Of a stretch of DNA of 64,000 nucleotides, positions 20,081 to 28,352 are shown piece after piece. The DNA is taken from the NCBI GenBank assembly GCA_963758295.1, contig CAVWUU010000004.1:1280001-1344000 (forward strand), in the 5' to 3' direction. Position numbers and translations under genes: made by a program. This stretch comes from Candidatus Eremiobacteria bacterium. GTDB lineage: Bacteria; Vulcanimicrobiota; Vulcanimicrobiia; Vulcanimicrobiales; Vulcanimicrobiaceae. Each line of letters begins with the position of its first letter. Within the stretch, counting starts at the first letter, position 1. Below the pieces are notes generated by a model, which was not told the DNA's origin, ran no database searches, and saw only the letters and a program-made list of their open reading frames with translations.

Positions 20081-23000
20081 TTAGAGCTTTATCCTCGCTT
20101 CAAGGAAGAAGTTGAAAGGAAGCGTTGTCTGGTTGAAGTTTCCAGCGGCAGTATTCGTGTTGGCAGCGCCAAAGTACGCGCCGTACGGATACTGAATTAC
20201 CCGTTGGAAGTCGGCTACCGTTGCCGGTGGATTGTACAGGTTTCCGACCGGAAGCGCCTGTCCGCCGGTATTCAGGATGTTATACGAGCAGACCCGATGG
20301 TCATCAACAGTCCAGGCAGCTTTCGTCCCTCCCCAGCAGGTGTCTAAAATATTCGCGAAAGTTCCCACGATGGTCACTTTGGGCGAAACTTGGTAACTCA
20401 GTTGGAGATTCGCAGCAAGCTGATTGGGCTGAACGAATGCGCCGATGCCATCGAACACGCGCGAGTACGGATTGGGAATCGGAATGGTTCCGCACTTGGT
20501 AGCGTCATATGCGCTGCCCCCGGCTGCGCCGTACGGATACCGTGGATCGTTTGTCGGAGCGGTGCCTAAAGCAGCACAGGTTGATGGATTGACGCCGAGC
20601 GTCGTCTCCGGTTCGCCATAGCGTGCGCCGCCCTGGAACTGAAGCGACGGCGTTATTGCGAAACGATCGGCCTTATAGTTAAGGACGATTGTCGCGACGT
20701 AGGGAGCGCCGTAGGCAATAGCCGACGATTGCGGAGGTCCGGGGAAGATCGTAAGGGTCGGAAAGTCCTGATTCGGATCGACTAATGCTTGCAATGGCGC
20801 GTTATAGTACGGGTTCGCAACGGCTCCCGCCGCCGAACAAGCCGAAGCCGCTCCGTTCAGGTAGCACGGTGACCCACCGCCGGCTTTCGTGAATGCATTG
20901 TAGTTTTGGATGTCGCTATTGACGCCAGTAACGACCGTCGATCCGTTACTTAGCGTATCGTACTTGATTCTGGAATACGTATACGCAAAGGACAGCAACC
21001 CCGAAAAGCCGTTTCGGCTAAAGTCGCCCTTGTTGAGCTGGAACTCAAAGCCTTTGCTTGTTTGTCTGCCGACATTGATGCCGGAAACGAACGCCGTCTT
21101 CTGATCGAGGAAGAACTGTTGAACTTGGTCTTTGGTTTGGCGAAGGAACGGCGTGAGCTTAAATGAGGTGTCCGAACCGTGAAACCGGTGCTCGAGAGAA
21201 ATATCGAAGTTCTGAGATGTCGGCGGACGGATCGCGTGCTGTGCGGGCGACGTGAACCCGAACGAGTAGAACACTGCCGATCCGCCTAGCGTGAACGGCG
21301 TATCTTCTTGCGCAGTGTTGTATTGTTCGAAGGCTGCGTTCGGCGGCTCTGCATACCGGCCGGCTGAGGCCCGCAATACCGTGTCCGGGGTAAGCGTGTA
21401 TGTTGCGCCGAATCGCGGCTGCAAAATCTGGTAGGTGCTAACGCCAAAGACGTTCTGCATATTGGCGTTCGTGTAGCCGCTGGGACATGGGTTGCTTGGC
21501 AGCAAGCCAAGAGCCGCTTTATCCACCGGTGCGCCAACAGCGTTAACGCAATTGTCGAGGTTCCATGCGCGATACCAGAAAGACCGCGCGGGATCGTTCG
21601 TGCCCGTGTCTTGTCCTAGGAATTGGAACTCGTCGAAGCGCAGACCAAGGTTAAAGAGCAGCTTATCGCTGAGGTGCATTTCATCCGTCAGCGAGCCGGC
21701 CGTAAATCTCGGCGTAACCGCGTTGTAGGTTGCCCAGTGAGAATTCTCTGCGATGAGCCATGTACATGGGCCCGATGCACCGCCGGGAATATTGCAAGAA
21801 GGCGCGAGCGCGGGAACGGTTCCCCCTGAGATGCCTCCCCACGTAGCAAAGTTTGCTCTATTGCCGTTCGCGTCACCGCTTGGGTTACACGACACTTCCG
21901 CGCCGGCAGCCGTGAAGCAATAGCCGCTTAAGGGGTCATTGGCGTTCACCATCACGACGCCCCGCGACCGGGCCCCTCCGGCATTCAACATTTGCGTGTT
22001 GTTATCGCGAGTTGAGTTAGATGTCGTGTACGAGCCCTGCAACGATAGCAGGTTGTGCTCGTTTAACTGCTTGCTAAACTGCGCGCTAACGCCGCGCGTG
22101 TGCGACACAACGTCGTAGTCGGCGGGGCAGCACGCTATATAGCCTTGATCGAGACTGTTTGCGCCATTCTGGTCCCAATCACTGAAGTAGGAATATCCGT
22201 AGATTCGCAGATATGCGTCGCTTCCAAAGTTCTTCTGATACTGAAGCTTTACGATCTCTTGCTGATTTTGCAAACGATCTTCGAGACTTCCGGGGATCTG
22301 GCCGCCGAATTGATGGGCCGGCACCCCGGGGAAGAAGTATGGACTAACGCATGAGGAGCTCAGGGCCGTCGTCGTCGTTCCAACGCCGCCGCATGTCCAC
22401 TGATAGCCGTCGGCAAATGTCGGCAGGTTTGCCGCACCGCCGTACGCCGCAGCGCCGCCGGCGTCATCAGGTGACGTATACGTAGGATTATTTAGGTATC
22501 CACTATCCCAGAGCAATTGAATATCGTCGCGGCCGCCGTCGTGGTGATGAGGAATGCCGAAGTGGACATTCATGACCACGTCGCGATCCATGATGCGGTT
22601 TTCAAATCCGTACTGGTACGGCAGCATCGAGAAGCACCCCGTAGGTGCTAGCGTAGCGGGGCAATTTCCGGTTCCCGCCGGGATAGCGGCAAGCGGACCG
22701 GCGAATTCGGATACGTCGGCGCCATTACTTCCATTGATATAGCGCATACCCTGATCGTAGCCGCCGATGCCGACGTAGTACGAAAAGAGGCGATCCGGCG
22801 CAGCGCCGCCGGCCTCTATGGAGGCCTTGTGATAATAAACGGGTGTGCCGATTCCGAGAGCACCGGTTGCAAAACCGGGACTCGTTCCGGTCTTGATGAC
22901 TTGATTGATGAATCCCGCGAGCCCCTGGCCTTCGGAATTCGCCGGAGACGCGCCGGTGTAGACTTGCAGTTCTTGCTGTCCAAGCGACGATGCGGCGCCG

Positions 23001-23638
23001 GAGGGATAATTGTCGAAGGACCGGTTTACGGGAACACCGTCGACTTCATAGCCGACTTGGTCGTAGTCGCCGCCGCGAATGTGCACCGTTTGAAAATAGC
23101 CGGTTTGATTCAGCGGGACGAACGCGCCCGGTACCGTGGCAATTGCCGAATACGCGCTGTTTAACCCACCACCGCCGCCGACCGCCGAGACTTTGTCTTG
23201 AACGGTAGAGTTGATGGAATAGACATCAGCCGTTGTTCCGCTTTTCACCAAACTTCCCGCGGCCGTCGAAGTGACCTTCGCGATAGTTTTCAACGCGCTG
23301 GTCATTCGTAAAGCGATCGTCTGGGTGGCGTCGGCAAATACTGCTACGCCCGGCTCACTAATCGGCTGTAAGCCTTCTTTTTCAACGGAAACGGTATACG
23401 TGTCCGGAGAGAGTGAGATGAACGTGAAATGTCCCGCCGCGTCCGTCGCCGTTGTGGCGGATTGCGCGGGGCTTGTCGCGGTAACCTTTGCGTTTGCAAT
23501 AGGAGTTCCGGATTCAGATTGAACGACCGTACCGCTCATGCGACCGGTAGTGCCAGCCAGTGCCCATGTTACCTGACTTAGCAAACTTCCCGATAGCAGA
23601 AGCGCCGCGATCGCAATCTTTATGCGATATCGTGGCAT
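20081..23638 (-). CDS. TonB-dependent receptor (1185 aa), paralog of 12874-16944
   Basis: Shared blocks QVTWALAGTTG, LVKSGTT.DVYS.N, DGVPVNR.FDNY, INQVIKTG, NFHFGIPHH..GRDD, PR.GATYTL.PDTVLR; AAGGAGG RBS. Confidence 0.88.
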   Translation of the reverse strand: MPRYRIKIAIAALLLSGSLLSQVTWALAGTTGRMSGTVVQSESGTPIANAKVTATSPAQSATTATDAAGHFTFISLSPDTYTVSVEKEGLQPISEPGVAVFADATQTIALRMTSALKTIAKVTSTAAGSLVKSGTTADVYSINSTVQDKVSAVGGGGGLNSAYSAIATVPGAFVPLNQTGYFQTVHIRGGDYDQVGYEVDGVPVNRSFDNYPSGAASSLGQQELQVYTGASPANSEGQGLAGFINQVIKTGTSPGFATGALGIGTPVYYHKASIEAGGAAPDRLFSYYVGIGGYDQGMRYINGSNGADVSEFAGPLAAIPAGTGNCPATLAPTGCFSMLPYQYGFENRIMDRDVVMNVHFGIPHHHDGGRDDIQLLWDSGYLNNPTYTSPDDAGGAAAYGGAANLPTFADGYQWTCGGVGTTTTALSSSCVSPYFFPGVPAHQFGGQIPGSLEDRLQNQQEIVKLQYQKNFGSDAYLRIYGYSYFSDWDQNGANSLDQGYIACCPADYDVVSHTRGVSAQFSKQLNEHNLLSLQGSYTTSNSTRDNNTQMLNAGGARSRGVVMVNANDPLSGYCFTAAGAEVSCNPSGDANGNRANFATWGGISGGTVPALAPSCNIPGGASGPCTWLIAENSHWATYNAVTPRFTAGSLTDEMHLSDKLLFNLGLRFDEFQFLGQDTGTNDPARSFWYRAWNLDNCVNAVGAPVDKAALGLLPSNPCPSGYTNANMQNVFGVSTYQILQPRFGATYTLTPDTVLRASAGRYAEPPNAAFEQYNTAQEDTPFTLGGSAVFYSFGFTSPAQHAIRPPTSQNFDISLEHRFHGSDTSFKLTPFLRQTKDQVQQFFLDQKTAFVSGINVGRQTSKGFEFQLNKGDFSRNGFSGLLSFAYTYSRIKYDTLSNGSTVVTGVNSDIQNYNAFTKAGGGSPCYLNGAASACSAAGAVANPYYNAPLQALVDPNQDFPTLTIFPGPPQSSAIAYGAPYVATIVLNYKADRFAITPSLQFQGGARYGEPETTLGVNPSTCAALGTAPTNDPRYPYGAAGGSAYDATKCGTIPIPNPYSRVFDGIGAFVQPNQLAANLQLSYQVSPKVTIVGTFANILDTCWGGTKAAWTVDDHRVCSYNILNTGGQALPVGNLYNPPATVADFQRVIQYPYGAYFGAANTNTAAGNFNQTTLPFNFFLEARIKL

Positions 23639-23650
23639 CTATCTGTGCCT

Positions 23651-23695
23651 CCTTGTAATGTAAGCGCATAATGCGCCACTTAAAACATTACAAGG
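23651..23695 (-). promoter_or_regulatory. Leader hairpin overlapping the Shine-Dalgarno of the second receptor
   Basis: 11-bp perfect inverted repeat CCTTGTAATGT / ACATTACAAGG with inner GCGCA taa TGCGC; on the minus strand the 3' arm supplies the AAGG of AAGGAGG. Confidence 0.6.
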
Positions 23696-23882
23696 CTAGC
23701 GAGCTGCTGTCGTGAACAATCAACCACTCTTCTTAGTACGAAACGCTAATATAACTTGGTAAACCGGGGCGATGATTCAATTGCATTTAAAACTGCCATT
23801 CATCTGCCATCGACGGCGCGTCACTTTTACGCCGCAGCCGGCGTGCAATCGACATTAAACCGGTTCTCAAAATCGCGGAGGG

Positions 23883-25229
23883 CTAAGCGACGCGACTCTT
23901 TCGAAGAGCGAGTACAGCAAGGCCATGAACTACCGCGCCGTTTACCGCAGTAGACGGTTCATCGATCGCATCAAAGCATAAGGCATCATCACAGAGCGAA
24001 AGAATAGCCCGGGCACGGCTTAGCTCGCCAAGGAGAGCGAGGCACCACATTTGAGGTATCCGATAGCCGCGTTCTTCGGCGGTCGGCAGGATGCGTCGCG
24101 CTTCCGCGCGCGCGCGCTCTATATCGCCCCGCGTAAAGAGGTTCCGTGCCCACGTGACTGCGAGCATTGTCTCGCCATAGGACCGCAGCGGCCCCTCGTA
24201 CGAAACGACGCCAAGATTTGCACCGCGAAAGGCTAGCCGGTTCTTGAGAGCAATAACGTCCGCGTTGATCCGCGGAACGAAGGCCGTACAAAGTTCCAGG
24301 CTCTTTACGAGTTGCGCCGCTTCGTTGGCGTTACCGGCGCAGAAGAGCGCTTCCGCCAACGCCAGCATCGCGCTGCATTGCAAGCTGATATCGCTTAGCC
24401 GGCATGCCAGCGTTGCAGCGGCTCGCAATTTCCCAAGGCCGTCCGTTGCATGAAAGAACCGAAAAGACGCTTCGGCTTCGCACAAAGCGGAGAGCGCCTC
24501 CGCCCTCCGGCTAGCCGTTGCATTGTTCCGAAGCTGCTTTAGCGCTTCGCCGCACGCGTCGGAATCCGAACGATAGCGGGCTATCAAATAATCGTGGTAA
24601 GCCAGCTCTGCGAGGACATCCGAGCGATGTTCGTTATCGTGAAAGTGCACCCGGCGCCGGATGGACTCAGCCAACTCGGTTGCGTCCGCGCTCTTCCCAG
24701 CATTTTCCAGTACGCCGGTTAGTCGCGCGCGAAGCCGTTCCACCTCGCCGCTTTTTGCGGCATTTGGCCGAAGATTAAGCGCGTGCAATTCGAGCGCTAT
24801 TCCCGGATCGATCGATTCCATGGATCGAGCCAGCACCTGGGTCAGCGGTTCGTCCTTTGATTGAGCGAGCAGATCGCGCACTCCGCGCACGATGATGTGC
24901 ACGGCGTTCGATCGGTATCGGTAAAACTGTCGCGTCGAGAGGTTCATTGAAGCCGCAATTGCAGCGTGCGTCTCCATCCCTTCCATGTCGGTCCGGCGCA
25001 AAAGATCGAAGAGGCGCCGCCCTTCCCGGCCATACTCGCTAAAGATGCGTCGCAAAAACAACATCACCGCGTCATGGCAATTTGCTGCGCCAAAGTGATC
25101 CTTTATCAGCAAGGCAAGCGCCTGACTTTCCAAGGACTTCGGCCTGCTGAGCGATCGGAGCAGCCGGCGAACTTCCCGATCGGGAACGGCGAGCGGCTGT
25201 GCGTCTTGCGTTTGAGTGTGCGCGTCCAT
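23883..25229 (-). CDS. Hypothetical protein: N-terminal HTH-like motif plus TPR-like helical body
   Basis: 448-aa ORF; THAAIAASMNLSTRQFYRYRSNAV; TPR-like LALAEALFCAGNANEAAQL and WARNLFTRGDIERARAEA. Confidence 0.65.
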   Translation of the reverse strand: MDAHTQTQDAQPLAVPDREVRRLLRSLSRPKSLESQALALLIKDHFGAANCHDAVMLFLRRIFSEYGREGRRLFDLLRRTDMEGMETHAAIAASMNLSTRQFYRYRSNAVHIIVRGVRDLLAQSKDEPLTQVLARSMESIDPGIALELHALNLRPNAAKSGEVERLRARLTGVLENAGKSADATELAESIRRRVHFHDNEHRSDVLAELAYHDYLIARYRSDSDACGEALKQLRNNATASRRAEALSALCEAEASFRFFHATDGLGKLRAAATLACRLSDISLQCSAMLALAEALFCAGNANEAAQLVKSLELCTAFVPRINADVIALKNRLAFRGANLGVVSYEGPLRSYGETMLAVTWARNLFTRGDIERARAEARRILPTAEERGYRIPQMWCLALLGELSRARAILSLCDDALCFDAIDEPSTAVNGAVVHGLAVLALRKSRVA

Positions 25230-25329
25230 GGGAGTAACCTACGTAGTCAACAAACGTTTGGCACGAATACTGGAAGTCGAACGCTTAGGCGGGCTGCAAC
25301 GTGACGCCGCGCTCATCTGTGAGCTGGTG

Positions 25330-25869
25330 TTAGGCATCATGCCGTGAAAGCTCCATGATCCAATTGACTTCCCATGAAACACCATCGTCGTTGGAAAATG
25401 CTTGTTCCCAACGGCGCGAGGAATCGCCGGTCTTCGTCCACGTGAACCGAACGACAATCGGTTGCCCATTGTAGAATTCGCGATCGTAGAACGTGCCTAT
25501 GCCGTCCTTGAAACGCCCTACTGTTGGAATCGCAAATTCGCCGGAGCCGCGAGTGCTCCAATAGATGCTCCACTCGCCGGTTTTCTCGTTGAATAACCGC
25601 ATAGCAACGGCATGGATCGGGCCGCTTGCCGTTACCGGCGCATCAAATTGCTCGAGGTTTCCCAGGCCGCCGAGTATCGGCGTTTCGACCGAAGTTGCCT
25701 CAAATTCGTACCAGTCATCGGATCCGGTAAGCGGCCGCTGACGCCGCCGATTGCGAACGTGCCAACGCCCGAAGAGAAAATCGAAATCGCCGCTTCCATC
25801 GGCGCACAGGGGTTGCGAAAAAGTCTCCGGCAAGATTGGTCCCTCACAGCCACGGAATGAGTGCAGCAC
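25330..25869 (-). CDS. DUF1579-like protein (no signal peptide)
   Basis: DFDFLFGRWHVRNRR, RLFNEKTGEWSIYW, WEQAFSNDDGVSWEVNWIM; start GTG 25869 or TTG 25833. Confidence 0.8.
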   Translation of the reverse strand: MLHSFRGCEGPILPETFSQPLCADGSGDFDFLFGRWHVRNRRRQRPLTGSDDWYEFEATSVETPILGGLGNLEQFDAPVTASGPIHAVAMRLFNEKTGEWSIYWSTRGSGEFAIPTVGRFKDGIGTFYDREFYNGQPIVVRFTWTKTGDSSRRWEQAFSNDDGVSWEVNWIMELSRHDA

Positions 25870-25891
25870 CGATCCTATGGTAGAACAGTCC

Positions 25892-25936
25892 GTGGAACCA
25901 GGACAGCTCCACAAATATACTAAATGATGGGTCCAC
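25892..25936 (-). promoter_or_regulatory. Tripartite MocR-type operator, copy 1
   Basis: Minus strand GTGGACCCA-N15-GTGGAGC-N6-GGTTCCAC. Confidence 0.7.
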
Positions 25937-25937
25937 C

Positions 25938-27359
25938 ATGGAACGAGGAATTCTCATCGACCGCAGCTCGCCGATTCCGTTGCAAAAGCAGCTAGAAGAT
26001 GCGCTGCGCTCCGCAATCCTGAGCGGGCGCCTCGAGCCCGGTGAACGTCTTCTTGCAAGCCGGGAATTCCAAAAGCACCTGGGGCTTTCACGAAATACGG
26101 TTGTAAACGCGCTCGGACAACTCCACGCCGAAGGGTATCTCGTGACGCGCCGCGGGATCGGCACATTCGTCGCCGCGCACGTACAAGTCCGTAACAACGA
26201 TGTGCGTAGGGAATACGATCCCGTAGTACCGTCAAATCGGGCGCAGCGTTATTTAGATGTTGAGTCCTTGGCGGCGAATCTCGAGTACACGGCGCCCTTT
26301 CGCCCTGGAATGCCGGCGCTGGATATGTTCCCCGGCGACCAATTTCGCCGCGCGTTACGGACTGCGACGATCGACGATCGGGACCTTCTCGACTACGCGA
26401 GCCCTTACGGCCATTCATCGTTAAGAGAAGCGATAGCAAAGCGACTCGGACAGACCCGGGGCATCGTGTGCTCCTCCGATGATATTCTTATTACGAATGG
26501 AGCGCAGGCAGCATTCAGTTTGATTGCACGCGTTATGCTGAGCCCGAGAGATCTGGTGATTGTCGAAGATCCGGGTTATGCCAACGTCCGGGCCGTCATG
26601 ATCGGCGAGGGCGCCAAGGTTCTCGGCGTGCCGATAGACGGCGACGGCATTATCGTGCGCTCGTTCGAATCGCGGCGGGCACGCCTCGTCTGCGTCACCC
26701 CTTCTCATCAGTATCCGACCGGAGCGGTTCTTTCGTTAGACCGCCGGTTTCGACTGCTGGATTGGGCCTCAAAACAGGATGCTTGGATCGTTGAAGATGA
26801 CTACGACTCTGAATTCAATTTTACGAATCATCCGCAACCGGCCTTGCAAGGGTTGAGCGGCGGCGGCCGCGTCATCTATGTGGGCACGTTCAGCAAAGTT
26901 TTGTCGCCGAGCCTGCGCGTGGCGTACATGGTCGTGCCGCGATCTTTACGGGCATCTTTTCAAGCCGTACATGTAACCACCGGCGGCCCGCCAAGCAGTC
27001 ATATGCAGAAGGCTCTTGCAACCTTCATCGAAGCCGGCTGGCTCGGCCGCCATGTTTCGAAAATGCGCTCGATTTACGATGAGCGTCGTCGATTCGTGCA
27101 CGAACGGCTCAAGCAGCGCGCGAACGGACGACTGGAGATTCACGACTCGCGCGCCGGGTTGCACTTCATCGCCGCATTGCCGGAACACATTTCCGACGTC
27201 GCAGTGTCTCGCCGCGCGTCTAAACGAGGACTAACCGTCCCGGCTCTCTCAGAATACCACTATACTTCTCCGAAGCGTAACGGACTCGTAATCGGATATG
27301 CAGCAACTCCCGTCAGCGCCGCAGATGCGGCGATTCAAAATCTGGTAGACTGCCTGTAA
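25938..27359 (+). CDS. MocR/GabR family regulator (GntR HTH + PLP aminotransferase-like domain)
   Basis: LGLSRNTVVNALGQLHAEGYL; TPSHQYPTG, IVEDDYDSEF, YVGTFSKVLSPSLR. Confidence 0.95.
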   Translation: MERGILIDRSSPIPLQKQLEDALRSAILSGRLEPGERLLASREFQKHLGLSRNTVVNALGQLHAEGYLVTRRGIGTFVAAHVQVRNNDVRREYDPVVPSNRAQRYLDVESLAANLEYTAPFRPGMPALDMFPGDQFRRALRTATIDDRDLLDYASPYGHSSLREAIAKRLGQTRGIVCSSDDILITNGAQAAFSLIARVMLSPRDLVIVEDPGYANVRAVMIGEGAKVLGVPIDGDGIIVRSFESRRARLVCVTPSHQYPTGAVLSLDRRFRLLDWASKQDAWIVEDDYDSEFNFTNHPQPALQGLSGGGRVIYVGTFSKVLSPSLRVAYMVVPRSLRASFQAVHVTTGGPPSSHMQKALATFIEAGWLGRHVSKMRSIYDERRRFVHERLKQRANGRLEIHDSRAGLHFIAALPEHISDVAVSRRASKRGLTVPALSEYHYTSPKRNGLVIGYAATPVSAADAAIQNLVDCL

Positions 27360-27368
27360 TCGCTTTGG

Positions 27369-28166
27369 CTAACAACGCAGACGCGAACGCCGGGTCGGCT
27401 TCAGCCGCCACACTTCAGGCGGGGAATAATTTTTCAGCTCTGCAAAGCGCCGGCGAACCGCCGGCCAATCCGGATCGGCTGCCACGGACCGCTCGTAAGC
27501 GTTAAACGCTTCTTCATTGGGAAAGCATGCGAACCAGGCGAACGTTTCGACGTTCCGGATAGGCAATGCCGTGAAATTATTTTCACTTCTTTCCGTTACG
27601 TAAGAACCGATAATACGAGCCCCGGCGCGAGTTACAAGGGGACGAATTTGCTGTTCGAACAAACTGACGAAATCGTCGGTGACCGCTTTTTCCGGATGAT
27701 AAATCGTCGCGATCAGCAGCCCGTTTTCTACCGATTGCATTGCGTCGGGGCCCGGATCGGGCATTATCGGAAGCCCGGAATCTTTTGCTGCCGGACGAAC
27801 CATGAGGACGTTGTCCGAATCGACCATCGTTGCGTTTGCTTCAGCGCGGTGCGCTTTCCATAACGGCCCGTAATAGAAGGACGGTAGCGCTTTTCCTCGC
27901 TCCTCCATGCTGGAGAACCCGCGGATCCAGAAAAACCTGTTAGGGTCGTCTAGCGTTCGAAATGAGCCAATAACCGTCATCCCGCTCTCCGTTAACCCAT
28001 CGGTGAAATACCGGTCAAACAGATCGACTAGAACGTCGCGTTTCTCCGGGAATAGCGTATATTGGCGAATCTCTACGACAGCGCAGCATTGTTTCGCATC
28101 AGAACGCGAGGCAGCGAGCAAAGTATCCCTCCGATGAACGCGATGAGGCTCCAGTCGCTGGAACAT
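27369..28166 (-). CDS. Two-domain NIPSNAP family protein
   Basis: VEIRQYTL, FFWIRGF, FYYGPLWKAHRAEANATMVDSDNVL, ENNFTALPIR, RLKPTRRSRLR. Confidence 0.88.
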   Translation of the reverse strand: MFQRLEPHRVHRRDTLLAASRSDAKQCCAVVEIRQYTLFPEKRDVLVDLFDRYFTDGLTESGMTVIGSFRTLDDPNRFFWIRGFSSMEERGKALPSFYYGPLWKAHRAEANATMVDSDNVLMVRPAAKDSGLPIMPDPGPDAMQSVENGLLIATIYHPEKAVTDDFVSLFEQQIRPLVTRAGARIIGSYVTERSENNFTALPIRNVETFAWFACFPNEEAFNAYERSVAADPDWPAVRRRFAELKNYSPPEVWRLKPTRRSRLRC

Positions 28167-28187
28167 ACACCATAGTTGCGGCGAATG

Positions 28188-28232
28188 GTGGGCCCGGTAA
28201 AGGCCCACGTTCGAACAATTGTTTGGAGCCAC
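28188..28232 (-). promoter_or_regulatory. Tripartite MocR-type operator, copy 2
   Basis: Minus strand GTGGCTCCA-N15-GTGGGCC-N6-GGGCCCAC. Confidence 0.7.
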
Positions 28233-28285
28233 CGGGTTTGGACTGGCCTACTCGGAGCGCGATGCGTGACTTGTCGTTTATGACA

Positions 28286-28330
28286 GTGGCCTTACAGCGA
28301 TACTCGGAACTGGCTCTTTACTGGGGCCAC
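28286..28330 (+). promoter_or_regulatory. Tripartite MocR-type operator, copy 3
   Basis: Plus strand GTGGCCTTA-N15-CTGGCTC-N6-GGGGCCAC. Confidence 0.6.
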
Positions 28331-28352
28331 CATACGGGTTCAGGATCATAAC

